Assembly: GCA_951406725.2 (NCBI GenBank)
Contig: OX597817.1
Span: 175,088,001 to 175,152,000 of the forward strand
Direction: 5' to 3'
DNA length: 64,000 nt
Origin: Octopus vulgaris
Taxonomy: Eukaryota
The position numbers and the translations under genes were made by a program. This document shows, in pieces, positions 1 to 13,485 of the stretch (positions are counted from its first letter, which is position 1; every line of letters begins with the position of its first letter). The notes under the pieces were generated by a model, which saw nothing but the letters and a program-made list of their open reading frames with translations, was not told the DNA's origin and did not search any database.

Positions 1-19
1 TATGCAAGTCTTTCTCCTT

Positions 20-420
20 GCATCTAAAAAGAGAGAAAAAAAAAAGAAGAAATTTCCAATTGTGCTTCACATTGTTGAATAATTCTGGTCAACTCTTCAA
101 TGGTATTGGTTACCTCTTGAAGGCTTAGAAGCAACCCATAGGCTTTTCCCCACCTCTGTAAATTTCCTTTGTCATGTTTCAATTTGGTATGGATCACACT
201 TATAGTTTCTCATGCTGTGGTTGCTCTCTAGGATATAGGATGACAGTAAGGGCTTGTTTATTAGATATTCTTCTGGTCCAGTGGATCTTCTCTATAGTTG
301 TTCGATCTGTTTAAATATAGCAAACCAAATTTCTATAAAAGTCTCTACTGCCTTTAAAATGGGCAACCACATGATAGCTGAAGAATCTCAGTTTCTGTTA
401 AAATCCATATTGATTCAGCT
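20..420 (-). mobile_element. Highly decayed LINE (CR1/L2-like) ORF2 3' remnant
   Basis: Minus-strand conceptual translation gives stop-riddled fragments such as 'RLL*KFGLLYL' and 'LKS*PELFN', resembling the CR1-type ORF2 C-terminus. The signal is weak. Confidence 0.3.
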
Positions 421-1182
421 ATGTATTCCAATGTATAAATATTGAATTTTGCTTGTGAAATGAATTATTGAGAAGAGCTGGTTTTTTTAAATCTCCCATG
501 GATGTCAGTGATTTAACTATTGCACTTGATATATGTAGTTTTCATAACTCTAGATAAGCAAAAAACATTTACGATTAACAACCAAATCAGTAATGTGTGA
601 ACTATTTTCGGTTCTCAACTAAAAGTTATCACTAGTTATACTTTATTCATCTTCTTCTATAAAAACAAAACAATGATTTACTGTCTCATTCTCAGAAAAA
701 TAACCTGTTTGTTTTCTTTTTCTCTTTTGAATACTATTTGTAAAATGTTTATGATTTCCATGGATTTCACAAATATCTTTAAAACTTGATTTTCTGCTTG
801 TTTAAGGAATTGTTTGAGAACAGCATTGCATTTATTTACTCCTTTTGTTTGTATGTTTTCCTCTTTAGCTTTCTTCTTTCATTCATTCTCAATTTCTTTT
901 CTTTGTTTTTCTTTAAATATTTAGCTATGTGTAAAAGCTGTGAAGCTTGGATAACATGTTCTTGATATATTATCTGCTGAGAAAATGTATGAGTCTAGAT
1001 GTACCATTGATTATATATTAAAAGATGAAGCCCATTATTAATAATACAGTTCATGTAATGAATGAGTAAATAAGGAAATAAAATACTTAATAGTATGTAG
1101 ATATAGCAATAAAATTATACGTATTCTTTTTATTTTCATAGATTTATTTGTATGCCTGCATGTGTATGTATATGTATGTCTC

Positions 1183-1219
<37 letters not shown>

Positions 1220-1532
1220 TGAAAAATGTATGTTCAAAACATGTGTTTCTATGTTTATATTTATAAGTTTTATATTTCATGTTTCCATGGTAGAATGAGT
1301 AGGCTGGTTTCACAAATTTCAATATTTAGGAAAACTGATTTTCCACTCAAATGCCAGTGGTGTGTTATTTATCTTCAGTGTGTCTTGAGTAGGAGGAGCA
1401 CAGCATTAATGCTTCCAGTAGGGTCAGATGTTGTTAGTGATCTATTACTATAAACCTTTCAGCTATTATACATATAAATATATGTTTGTCTTTATGGTAT
1501 GTAAAAATACATGTATTTTGTAGATATTTAAT

Positions 1533-1730
1533 TGGATGCAACTATAGCTGTGTGGTTAAGAAGCTTGCTTTGCAACCATGTGATTTTGGGTTCAGTCCTA
1601 CTGCATGGCACTTTGGGCAACTGTCTTCTATTATAGCCTTGGGCTGACAAATGCCTTGTCAGTGAATGTGAATGGCAGAAGCTAGGTGGAAGCTTATCAT
1701 ATAATGTACATGTATCTTTGTGTTTTGACT
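1533..1730 (+). mobile_element. tRNA-derived CORE-type SINE (family A), 5' part
   Basis: A/B-box-like head (GCTGTGTGGTTAAG...GGGTTCAGTCC) followed by CORE-like GGCACTTTGGGCAACTGTCTT; homologous to 5491-5896. Confidence 0.75.
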
Positions 1731-2049
1731 TTTGAACAGGACACTTCATTCTAACATTTCTCAGTATCTAGTGGTTGTCAGTATGTACCAGTATACTGTC
1801 TGGGGAATTACAACCGTGTTTCGTGGTCTGCTACCACAACAGCTCCTTTATGGGATCCAGCTGGCTCAAGACATCATCAGGAGGAACTGAACTAGTGTCT
1901 TAACTTGTGAAAAAAAATATCTGATTCCTTTTCCTTGTAAATCTTAAGCTTATGAACCCTTGTGGTTTATGAAGATATCGTATAATCTAACTTAATTTGT
2001 ATAAATATCTTGCTTGAAGATAATTTCATTGTAATAGGTTTTCATTCAT

Positions 2050-2250
2050 TTAACCATTTTGTTACCATATTTCTGTTGGAATAACTTGTCTTTGTTTCAG
2101 TCAATTTTGAAAGTGTCAAAGAATTTAGTAAAATAACTTTGTTGTTATTCAAGCTGGTGTCTGGAATATAAAGGAAAATGAAATTTTGATGGAAGATTTT
2201 TTTTGGTCACTTTAAAGCAGGGAGTTTAATCTCATTGAGTTAGGGATAGT
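2050..2250. mobile_element. Degenerate piggyBac-like MITE (family pB-B)
   Basis: Starts TTAACCATTTTGTTACCA; internal sequence homologous to the copies at 13265 and 62180. Confidence 0.65.
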
Positions 2251-2862
2251 GTCAGACCCTTTTATATGAATTTAACCCTTTTGTATTTTCATACTGATTT
2301 ATTGATGATAATGAATTGCTTTGAACTTATTCTCTATTTTATGGTCAGATGTATTAATAAATTTGTTCTTGTTTGTTCAGGTAGGCCAAAGGTTTGGAGT
2401 ATAATTCTTAAATTGTTTTTCACTCTTATCTATGTCCAAATAATAATATATATATCCGTTTTAATAAATAGTTGATTAACTTGGATTTTTAAAAATTATA
2501 ATTCTGAAAATAATAATACTTTTGATTATTGAAAGTTTTTGATGACTTATAAGAATAATCTGTGGTTTTTGGACTTTATTTTACTATTAACTTCTAAAAG
2601 CTATTTTTCAATGTGTTTAATGATTCTCCATTGTTATGTGCAATTGATATCACTTCTCCCCTGCAAAACTTGTGTGATAAAGTTTTGTGAGACTGATGGA
2701 TAATTTGTATCATTAATATAATTACATTGCTCTTGAATGATATTTCCTTCTATCTGAAATGTATATATATTTTTTTCTTTAAAGGTATATAACATGGTAT
2801 CAGATAAAGTCTCTTACAAGCTGGAAGAAATTCAGAACATTTGTATCTGAAAAGTATTTCTT

Positions 2863-2864
2863 TA

Positions 2865-2931
<67 letters not shown>

Positions 2932-2932
2932 T
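2863..2932. repeat. (TA)n microsatellite
   Basis: Seen directly. Confidence 0.95.
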
Positions 2933-3777
2933 AAAAGAATAAAGAAAAAGCAAAATATTTATCCCATAACCTAATGGAAGAGAATCAATTTTATTTTAAC
3001 ATTTTGTGATCAGAACTGTCTGGAAATGGGTAATCAGCACAATATTGATTTTAGTGCAAAGGAAGAAGCACTTTTATAGTCAGGCTAAGACATTAGATGT
3101 GTAAAACGAATAAAAGAGCTGGAATCAGAAAGTGAAACTGGGCTGCATACTTAGTTGTTGGGAGCCATATATATTGTTCTCTTTGCATTGGTATTGTATA
3201 TAGATGTGAAATATTCATGTTGGAAAGCTTTGCAGTATCTAATACAGAAAGAGACAGCAGTTAGATATAGGAATCAAAAGAATAAGCAGAGCGAAATTAC
3301 TGTACTGGCTATGAATAATTATAGAAGTAATAGTAGTAGTAGTAGTAGTAGTAGTAGTGATAGAACTGTGAATAGTATATTACTAACTACTACTAATAGT
3401 TGATAGCATTTTTGAAAATATATGATGTAAATTGAGTAAGGAAATCTGATAACTACATTATAATTGCCCAAGTGGAGATTAACCAAAAAAACTAATTGAA
3501 GGAATTAATGTATATTAGCTTCCAAGAGATGGGAGAAAGATATATGAAGCTGTTGATAAGGATGATGATGTAATACATTTGGGTTTATGACTCACTTTGC
3601 ATTTACAGCATTTGAAACGATGGCGATTGGTTCGTTTCAGATATAAATTTTGATATTGCATTTTGTCCTTTTTGTAAGGAATGTTATTCCTTTTGATCCA
3701 GACTTCCTTTTGAAGTTCAGATTTCAGATCTAACCAATATCTTTCATTCATGGGGGGAAAAAGTGTATTGTCAAAAA

Positions 3778-4168
3778 TCTTTATATATAAAGCTGAAGTT
3801 GTGTGTGTATGGCAAGTTTGGTAGCCTTCAACTAACACTATCTCCTTCGAGACCCTGCGGCACAAGTTGACCAAAATTGAGAGTATGATAGAAGAAGGCT
3901 TGCTCTTCATTCCGTAGAAGAAAAAATTCAAATCGGACCATGTTAAGACCAAAAACTTTTTACATAAAAAAGGTGCCTTTTTTCTATGAAAATCCCTATT
4001 TTTTACGATTTTTTTGACTGCTGTGTCACCATTTTTCGGTATATTTCAACCAGAAAAATGTTCACTTAAAGAGAATAACAAGCTACATAATGCAAAATTT
4101 TTACTGTTCAAAAATTCCAATTCTAAAGGGTTGAAACAAACACGAGCAATGCCGGGCAATACTGCTAG
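3778..4168 (+). mobile_element. Non-autonomous Helitron
   Basis: 5' A|TC start (TCTTTATATATAAAG), 3' CTAG|T end, and an imperfect GC-rich hairpin (CACGAGCAATGCCGGG) just upstream of the 3' end. Confidence 0.7.
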
Positions 4169-4584
4169 TATATGAAAAAGCTCAAACATGAATGACTGAA
4201 ATTTTTGTTTTGATTCGTTTTCATTAAAATTTCAAATATCTGTGTGTGTGCATTTTAACCTGTTGCCTATCTAAAGCATTTTCATAAATTCGTCCTAAAT
4301 GTCCAAGCTTGTTTGCAGACTTTTATTTAGCTTTTGTTTCATATGTTCTGAGGAGTGTAAAGCTTTCCTTTCCTAAGTCCCAAATTATTCTGGTAGTTGA
4401 AAAAATTTGGTAATGTGTATCATATATGATGCATGGATTGCTGGGAAATATGTCTTGCATATCACATATGATGCACAGGACAGGCAAAAGGTTAAAATCC
4501 AGTTTCTTACCTAAAAATGACTGCATAAATGAATTTCAAGGTTTTTAATGACATATTTTATGATTTCATTTTCTCAGTCATCAT

Positions 4585-4597
4585 GTGTGTGTGTGTG

Positions 4598-4630
<33 letters not shown>

Positions 4631-4832
4631 TTGTGTCTGTGTTTGTTTCCATCACTTGACAACTAGTGTGTGTTTATGTCCCCGTAATTTTGCAGTTCAG
4701 CTAAAGAGATTAATAGAGTAAGTAACAATCTTAGAAAATTGAGTACTGGCATTCATTTGCCCAACTAAAACCCTTCAAGTCAGTGCCCCAGCATGGCCAC
4801 AGTCCAGTGACTGAAGCAAGTAAAATATAAAA
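4585..4832 (+). mobile_element. SINE family A, 3' half
   Basis: (TG)n followed by the conserved 3' region ending CCAGCATGGCCACAG...GACTGAAGCAAGTAAAA. Confidence 0.7.
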
Positions 4833-5415
4833 GTCAAAATATACTGTTCCAGCTGATCTTGCTTGGGAAATGCCTGTAAAGATACTTATAGTCTCTTTAA
4901 ATTGCAAAGAATAATTTTGGCAAGTTCCTTTTTAATACCTACCTGTAAGATTATTCTAATTTTGTGAGTAACCCTATGTTAGTGTATCCTGTACAAAATT
5001 ATTTTTATTTATGTTAGCAGTTTCAGATCAGCTTTACTATTGTAGAAAAGCATATCCTAACTGGAGTTTCCTGGAACCCTACAGTTCTGTAATAGGTCAT
5101 CAGGGATTCTACAAGAAATACTAATAAATAGACTAATTATATGCCAAATCATTTTTAGTAATTTTTGTGTTTAATTCTATATTTGTAATCTTATTTTATT
5201 ATACATGCTTGGTACATTCCCTGAGGGAGGGAAATCCTGGCATCTGTAGATTATAAGATGACTCTGCAGGGGTAACATGTTTTTTTAAAAGGAATTGTTC
5301 TTGCTTTAGAAAAGAGTTGTAAACTTTCATTGTAACATTTGATGGATTTAGATTGCCAAACTTTTCAAAGACAGTTTTATGATTTGCTTAATCCCTTATA
5401 AAATTTAACTTTAAA

Positions 5416-6032
5416 CCCTTTAGCATTCAGATTATTCTGTCAAATGTAATGCTTATTTATTCACATTGTTTTGAATTAATCATACATTATATAGGTGCAG
5501 AAGTGGCGGTGTGGTAAGTAGCTTGCTTACCAACCACATGGTTCCGGGTTCTGTCCCACTGCGTGGCACCTTGGGAAAGTGTCTTCTACTATAGCCTCGG
5601 GCCGACCAAAGCCTTGTGAGTGGATTTGGTAGATGGAAACTGAAAGAAGCCTGTCGTATATATGTATATATGTGTGTGTGTGTGTTTGTGGATCTGTGTT
5701 TGTCCCCGCAACATCACTTGATAACTGATGCTGGTGTGTTTATGTCCCCGTAACTTAGTGGTTCGGCATAAGAGACTGATAGAATAAGTACTAGACTTAC
5801 AAAGAATTAGTCCCGGGGTCGATTTGCTCGACTAAAGGCGGTGCTCCAGCATGGCCACAGATAAATGACTGAAACAAGTAAAAGAGTAAAAGAGTATCTT
5901 GTAACTTTGAGATTTTGATGTTTCTGTATTTTTAGAATGATATTGCAGTTGTGAGAAGCCAGACCTGACTATTTTGAACATAAAGCAGGTAGAATATTTG
6001 GGCCAGATTTGGCCAATTTAAATGCTAAAGGC
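5416..6032. mobile_element. piggyBac-like MITE (family pB-A) interrupted by a SINE
   Basis: TIRs CCCTTTAGCATT...AATGCTAAAGGC with TTAA-like flanks; uninterrupted homologues at 8672 and 17978. Confidence 0.75.
5491..5896 (+). mobile_element. Full-length tRNA-derived CORE-type SINE (family A)
   Basis: A box TGGCGGTGTGG, B box GGTTCTGTCCC, CORE-like segment, internal (TA)(TG) tract and (AAAGAGT)n tail. Confidence 0.85.
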
Positions 6033-6258
6033 TTAAGAAAGAGAAACATCAATAAAAATATATATGAAAATTATGAAAATATTCATTAAAAGATATTTTT
6101 GAACCAGTCGCTTCAGTTATGCATTGTATGAAGTCCTACTATAAAATATACAGTTTGTTTTTAACATAAATTTTCAGTGTTTTCAAAACAATCTAATTGT
6201 CCATTGTGGTATATTTTCTTATAAAATAAATCCATTACATTAAGTTTATGTTAAATTC

Positions 6259-6670
6259 ATAGGCGTAGGCATGACTGTGTGGTAACAAGCTTGCTTCATA
6301 ACCTCATGGTTCGGGGTTCAGTTTCACTGTGTGGCATCTTGGGCAAGTGTCTTCTACTAGAGCCTTGGGCTGACCAAAGCCTTGTGAGTGAATTTGGTAG
6401 AGGGAAATTGGAAGAAGTTCATTGTGTGTGTGTGTATGTATGTGTGTCTTTGTGTTTGTATTTGTTGCCCCCAGCCCTGCTTGACAGCTGGTGATGGAGA
6501 TTTACGATCCCGTGACTTAGCAGTTTGGCAAAAGATACCAATAGAATAAATAACAAGCTTTTAAAAAATAAGTACTAGGGTTGATACATTCGAGCAAAAA
6601 TTCTTCAAGGCAGTGCCCCAGCATGGCTGCAGTCTAATGACTGAATCAATTAAATGATGAAAGATAAAAG
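6259..6670 (+). mobile_element. Full-length SINE family A
   Basis: Collinear homology to 5491-5896. Confidence 0.8.
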
Positions 6671-6702
6671 AAGATACTGTTTGTGTTAATTATAGTTTAT
6701 AT

Positions 6703-6888
6703 CAGTGCTTTGTAACCGTTTTTCACTTGCAGTACACTTAAATTCTTTTCAAAATTCGGTGGCACACCTGAACTAAAAATATAACTAAAAGTAAAGGGTC
6801 AAAAATTATATTCAGGTTACACTGTGGCACACCTAGCATTGTCATGTGATGCACCAGTGTGCCATGGCATACCGGTTGTGGAGCACTG
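6703..6888. mobile_element. hAT-type MITE
   Basis: Imperfect TIRs CAGTGCTTTGTAACCG / CGGTTGTGGAGCACTG and an 8-bp TSD GTTTATAT / GTTTATGT (7/8 match). Confidence 0.75.
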
Positions 6889-7369
6889 GTTTATGTTAAT
6901 TGCATTTGTACTATTTTGGAAATCTTTGTCCTGGGTTCAGTTCAGTTTATGAAAACTTCTTGGAAACTATAAGATGCTAAAGTTGTTTTTACAAAATCCA
7001 TACAGACATCTTTACCTAAATAACTATTTAGCCCTACAGAAATTAAGCTTATTTTTCTGAGTTAGACTTAATTTTATTATCAGCTTCTTCTTATACAAGC
7101 GCACAAAATGGCTGACACTATGTAATTAAAATGCCGAAAATGGGCAAACATTCAAAAACCTATATCACTATGATAACTTGAGTGACAAAACTTGTTAATA
7201 GTTTTCCAATCAATAACTGTGCTAAATTTAATCAAAATCAGGAATAGAAATAATTCCCATAAAACTTTTTAAATTGATTGCATAATAATTTTATTCCTAA
7301 ATCTATAAAACGAATGTTATTTTTTAAAGTTACTGCTTTCAAGCTCTTTTGTATTAATTTAGTTTGTTT

Positions 7370-7600
7370 TAGTTGTTGATGTCAGCTTTTGTTTTAATTG
7401 GTTTGCTTCTCGTCAGCCTTGATCAAGCAGACCTATGATCAGAGGTTGTTCAGTCGCGTCCATGCCATTTTTTAAAATTTCATGCATTGTGTATTTAAGA
7501 CTAGCGTATCCAATGTGTCCTTCATTTATAATAGGTTGTGATTTGAAGAAGATTTGGCTGCTTTTTCTAGAGAATTTCTTAACCACATAAAAGCTCTCTT
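7370..7600. repeat. Old interspersed repeat (also at ~25830-26040 and ~44368-44550)
   Basis: Shared motif GTGATTTGA.GAGATTTGGCTGCTATTTCTAG, plus ACCTATGATCA-like or AATGTGTCCTT segments in the different copies; class not determined. Confidence 0.55.
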
Positions 7601-8671
7601 GTTGGCTATCATTTAAGCTGAACACTGTGGTTGAAGCTCTATCTTATGGTTTCTCTACAATATCCTCTGGTTTCTATTTCTTAATATTACAGATTCTACT
7701 TTTCATTGTGTGTGTATGTGTGTGTGTGTGTGTAATTTCATCAGTTTTGCAAATTTAAGCATCTTTAAATTTTGGATATTTAACCTATCTAGCTGATAAA
7801 TGCCAGAAATGCCAAGAATACTATGGTAAACATGTTCTTAGGAAAACAAATGTATGGTATGATTAATGAATGGCAAATCTATTTTTGATTAGGGAATTTG
7901 TTAAATTCAATGTTGAAACAGAAAAATATTTTTTTCTGATTTTGAAAAGGAAATGGTCGATAATTGTTGCTGTTTCCTTATGTAACTCTTAATGTTAAAA
8001 ATAAAATACGTTATCCAGAGCAAATATATATCTTGCTGCAATAACAAGCAAGTATAATTAATGGAGCAGTCAACCATGTCATCACATTTTTCTGTATATT
8101 CTTAAAATTCTAACCAAATCTTTTTCAGCAGACATTATCATACTAATAATGTAATACATTTAACTATCACATATAGATAAGTATACGTATATATATATAT
8201 TAGTGACATTACAGTCATTGAGTGAAATAATGGCTTGTTAGTAAGTTATGGTTGGACTTGTGACATATAAAACCAGAAACATTTCTCAACTAAGTGATCA
8301 AAGTGGCTTTTTGATCATGTCATTTGAAATTGGCTTGTTATTGTTGAGTGGTTCTGATCAGCTTAGCTTGAGTAGATCTGTTACGTAGATGGAGGTGAAT
8401 TAAAGAAATTGAACAGTGTTCTGATGTAATCATCTTGCATTCAGTGTAGATATGTTGACCTTAAGGCTCAAAACACCTCTTTAGTGTTTAAAACACAAGG
8501 TCTCCAGCTTAAGTATCATAGAGGATTTGGACAAGTTAAGCAACTATTGAGAAATTTCCTGTCTTGTTTTGTTTATTTTCTTTTTAAAATGCTAATAAGG
8601 GTTGTTGTAGCTTCTGAAATGATTTAATTTTGCAGGCTTCTGCTAGCAATGTCAGTACTTTGCCTTCTTAA

Positions 8672-8882
8672 TCCTTTAACATTTGGATTATTCTGTCAAA
8701 TGTAATGCTTATTTATTCATATTGTTTAGTATTATTCATGCTCCATCTCAGCTTCAGTGATATCGTTTGCTTATTTTTAGAATGACATTGCAGGGTAGAT
8801 GTGAGAAGCTGGATCTGACTGATTTGAACATAAAACAGCTAGAGTATTTGGGCCTGATGTGGCTGGTTTAAATGCTAAAGGG
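8672..8882. mobile_element. piggyBac-like MITE (pB-A)
   Basis: TTAA|TCCTTTAACATT ... AATGCTAAAGGG|TTAG. Confidence 0.75.
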
Positions 8883-9728
8883 TTAGGTCAGTGTTAGATT
8901 TTCAATCTTTTTGACTTTGTCGGCACACTGTTGATCAAGTAAAAGATTACAGTTGCATTTCATCTGGAGATTAAAAAAGATTGACCAACGTACTTTGCAT
9001 GGGAAAGTATTTAAAAAGAAACCCAAACAAACTAAACTTTTTATATATATATATATATACATATATATTAAGAAAAATAAGGTACTCAAAAATCTGGATG
9101 GTTGTACATTTACAGATTTTTATTAATATGTCACATGTTTTCATAAATCATATATTAGCACTTGCATCTACTCTAGCAGATTCTTCAGATTTGAATTTTG
9201 TGAGGGGATTCGTCTCTTTTTATAGCATTATTGAGTGTGTAGGGGTGAAGGGGGATATAGGATAGTAAAAGAGGGTAAGGAATGGGGAGAAAGTCATATA
9301 TCTAGGTTCAGTGTCACTGTTTGGCATCTTGAACTCAGCAAGTCTTGTGAGTGGATTTGATAGGTAGAAACTGAAAAAAAAAACCCTGTTTTATGTGTGT
9401 GTGTGTGCATTCATGTATGCATATGAGTGTATTTGTTTTGACATTGTGATAACTGTTGGCAAGCATCACTGCCATTCAACTGGTGTCTTCCATGAAAACA
9501 TGTCTGGTCATGAGGAAATATCACCTTGCTTCAACTAATTCCATCTGATCTCTGCAAGTGAATCTTAAATCGATGATGGTAATGATCTTGATTTACATAT
9601 ATCAAATTTATGGTTAGTATAGATTATCTAAAACCTTAAACCTTTTATTTTTAAAAATTTGGGATGTGCCTCAGTATTCTTTGTGGGGCACCAGTTCCCT
9701 GCAGTGTGTTTGTGAGAGAACAGTGAAA

Positions 9729-10165
9729 CCTTTTGTTACCATTCAAATGTTAAAATGCATTGCCTTTGTTTCAATTTGAAAATAACAAAGAATTTCATAA
9801 ATTAGCTTTCTCATTATCTAAGGGATGTTTTTTAAGGGTTGTGACCTGGCAGAATTGTTAAGGAGTCGGACAAAATGCCTTGTGGTATTTCTTCTAATTC
9901 TTAACTTTTGAATTCAAATTCTTCTGTGGTCAACTTTACTTTGTGCCTTACCTGGGTTAATAAGAATACCAGTCAAGCAGTGGGGCCAGTAGTATCAAAT
10001 TCTCTTCGCCCCTTAAAATTAATTGGTCTTGTGTAAATTTGAAACCATTAGGAACATAAATTAAACATGAAATTTTGATGAAAGCTTTTGATTTAGATCA
10101 ATTTAAAACAGTGCATTTGCATCTTAGAACCAGGGGCAGTCTCAGGTGGGTTGGTATCAAAAGGG
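9729..10165. mobile_element. piggyBac-like MITE (pB-B) interrupted by SINE family B
   Basis: TIRs CCTTTTGTTACCA...TGGTATCAAAAGGG; the two halves rejoin to match the 62180 copy. Confidence 0.7.
9832..10050 (+). mobile_element. SINE family B (MetaSINE-like), decayed
   Basis: CTGGCAGAATTGTTA head and TTCAAATT B-box; homologous to the 36132 and 41172 copies. Confidence 0.65.
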
Positions 10166-10559
10166 TCAAATTGTTTAAGTTCCCAAATCTTGTCTGCGTG
10201 TTTTCTGTGAAGCTGGATAGTATGTACCATGAAATGTTTATTTTCATATGATCTCTTTCTTAAATTTATTTTCACAAAATTGCTTTCTATATTAAATGAA
10301 CATTGATTATAGAATGGTAGGTGGTAAGAATGTTGTTGAATTTGTTTCTAAGAAATAATCCATTAATAAATAAGTAGTTACCTGAAATCCATGGAGATTA
10401 GTGGTGGTCTGTATTGGCAAACATATTTGCTGGTAAATAAATAATTTCTTTAAATTTAATTATTTTGTTAGATATTTTTCATTTCCATAATTGGTTAATT
10501 ATTACATGCAGTGTTATTTAATATTCAACGTTTCATCTTTTCATGGAACAACTAAAAGT

Positions 10560-10560
<1 letters not shown>

Positions 10561-10609
<49 letters not shown>
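10561..10609. repeat. (TAA)n microsatellite
   Basis: Seen directly. Confidence 0.95.
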
Positions 10610-11079
10610 TGTAGCATCTTGGGAATATTAAAAATTGGGAGAAACCAATTTGATTTTTCTTTTCAATGCATGTTTAACATTTCATTTTAAAATATACTGA
10701 TTATCCACCTGTCCATAAATAAATGTGTATCCATTTACGCATGTTGATATTCATATCATTTGCACATTGCCATTGTATGTTGTAAGATTTACCTTGGCAA
10801 TAGAAAAATTATCATTTTAAATACTAAATATATCACAATTGAAATTTTCCATTTATGACTTTTATTATTACTTAAATCAATAATATTTTCTTATTAATTA
10901 TTTTGATGACAGCAAATAAACAATCTATGAAATGTTGGTTATTCTTCAGTATTTCATTTTTAAGATTATTTTATTACTCATTACTACCACAGCTATTATT
11001 TGTGTTTCATATTTCCTCATTCTGTAAGACCTCTACTGGAATAATGATGTTAAAACTTCTCGTTATGTATACACTGCAT

Positions 11080-11260
11080 TTCTTTCAATTAATTTACAAA
11101 ATAATGAAGAATTTAGTAAAATAACATACACATTATTAAGTTGGTGTTTGGAACAAATTAATGTGAAATTTTGATAGAAAGCTTTAATTTGAATCACTTT
11201 AAAACAGGAAGTTTGTATCACAGAATTATAAGCAATCTCAGGTTGGTTGGCATCAAAAAA
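11080..11260. mobile_element. pB-B MITE fragment
   Basis: GAAGAATTTAGTAAAATAAC...GAAATTTTGAT...GGTTGG internal homology. Confidence 0.6.
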
Positions 11261-12149
11261 AGTTATAGGTTCCATCATGCAAGGTATATTACCTTAGTCA
11301 TCTTGTGTCAATTTCATTGTAAATTAAAGTGATAACTCTTGTCTCACAAATGGATTTGTTTTATTCTGGTGTAATTATGCTTGCTTCAGTTTATGCAAAT
11401 ATCTAATTTTCTTTGTTAGATATTAATCATTAGTCACAAAAATAAACAGGGAGTAACCAAAAAAAAAAAAAGAAAGAAAGGAAAAAGACCTCTGTTGTTA
11501 GGTAAATCCATAGCCGGAAGCAGAAATTGAATCTGTTGATCCTTTGTCTAATACTAAAATGTCAACTCACCTAGATTTTGTACATTTTTAAAAGAAGTTT
11601 CCTTCAGTAAGATATATTTAGTGGAATGGTGGAGAAATAACAAAAGATTATATTCAAACACTGTGTAAGAAATTGGGTTTTTAATCAAATATAGTCACTA
11701 CATGGTCAATTACTTTTAAATCCTTAGTCCAGTCTTAAAGATGTTTGGCATTTATAGAATGTTGGTGGCAACACATTTCATTTCCAGTTTAGCTGGGGTT
11801 TTTTACTTAGTCTTTCACAATGTAATTTTCAGCCATAAACAGCAGCCCTGGGGTGAGCTCGGGTTTTGTAAAGCTTGCTTCCTTCAATATAATACATGGA
11901 TATGAATCTTTTGTAAAAGTCAGGTGTAGGGGTGAGAGAACCTAACAAATCATTAATTTCAGTGTCCATGTTAGTCTTTTGCCCCCAAGGAGTTTTAGTC
12001 AATTATAGCTGCTCTGTTATTTGCTTCATTTGAAGCTTATTTTATTGATCTCTGTTCGTCAAATTCCTGGGTAAAAATCATAAGACTAAGAAAAAAAGTA
12101 CATAAGAATTATAAAAAAATAATTCTCATAAAAATCTCTGAATGCAGAA

Positions 12150-12497
12150 ACTCACTTTGCAACCATGTGGTTTTTGGGTTCAATCCCACTGTGTGGCACC
12201 TTGAACAAAGTCTTCTTCTATAGCCTCAGGCCAACCAAAGCCTTGTGAGATGAATTGGTCGATGAAAACTCTGTAAGTCCATTGTGTGTGTCTGAGTTAG
12301 TCCCTCCACATCACTTAGTAACCAATTTTTGTTTATTTACACCCCTATAACGTTGCAGTTCAGCAAAAGAGACTGATAGAATAAGTAACAAACTAAAAAC
12401 AAAAAAGTACTGGTGCTAATATGCTTGACTAAAACCTTTCAAGGCAATGCTCCGGCATGGCTGCCGTCCAATGACTGAGACAAGTAAGAAGATCAAA
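12150..12497 (+). mobile_element. SINE family A
   Basis: GGGTTCAATCCCACTGTGTGGCACCTTG...GCATGGCTGCCGTCCAATGACTGAGACAAGTAAG. Confidence 0.8.
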
Positions 12498-13264
12498 AAT
12501 AGTCATTAAGAATAAAACTATAAAACAAAATTGAAGTAGATGTAAATACATGAACAAAATAAACAAAAACAAATTATAGGAATGTGTATAAACAGGAGAT
12601 ACAAATATTACAGGCCCTCTCCCCACACACACTAATTAAAGATAGACACACATAGGGGTCTACGCACGCGCAAATAAAGACACATACAATAGGAACACAA
12701 AATACAAAATGGCTGACTGTTAGTAAGGAGAGACACACAAATAAGAAAGAAGAAGTGTGACGAAAGAACTCTGGCTGAAATAAGATTAAGATTAATGTAA
12801 AAACATAAATAAAGCTGGAGCAAATTAACACCAAATATATAGTGTGTGTGTTTTTATTGGCTAAACTGGCAACATGATTCCTAAATACAACAACAAAATT
12901 GAAGAAATTAAAAGAAACAAAAACAGGAAGCATTCATTGTAAAGTAAAGGTTTCCAAAAACTGAAATAAAGCTGTATGAAAATGTATAAATGATCTGAAG
13001 AATAATGATATTTATTTATATATCTTCATGAAAATAGTGATTAGGCAAAGGTTGATGCGAGACTCTAAAATAAAAGTAATAGACTTCAATGACACAAGAT
13101 AATTGTTGATTAGACTAAACTTGGGCCAGTATTATTATTTTCAGGAAATTGTTTCCAGACACAAACTGCATTGTTATTTATATTTTATTTATCTGTTTGT
13201 TGTTGTTGTAGTCTCTAGAATGTTTGCAATGACAGACATATTAAGTGCAGACGTTCAAGATTAA

Positions 13265-13485
13265 TCCTTTCGTTACCAATCCAGCTGAAACTGGCTCTGG
13301 CTCTGAGTACAAATGTCTTGTTTTCATAAGTTTCAAATTAAAATCTTCCACCAAACCTTAGTCACAATTTATGTTACTAACACTAGCTTAATGATAATTA
13401 AGTTATTTTACTAAATTTTTTGTTATATTTTAAATTAATTGAAAGAAACACAGAACATCTCAAAATAAATACAGTAACGAAAGGG
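13265..13485. mobile_element. piggyBac-like MITE (pB-B), opposite orientation
   Basis: TTAA TSD on both sides (13261-13264, 13486-13489); TIRs TCCTTTCGTTAC / GTAACGAAAGGG. Confidence 0.8.

Noticed and set aside
1-212. Possible minus-strand exons (acceptor at 24-25, donor at 113)
   Set aside because: The upstream frame is closed by stops, and the region is better explained as a decayed LINE end.
5491-5570. tRNA gene-like A/B boxes here and in other SINE heads
   Set aside because: They continue into SINE bodies present in many diverged copies, with no clear cloverleaf.
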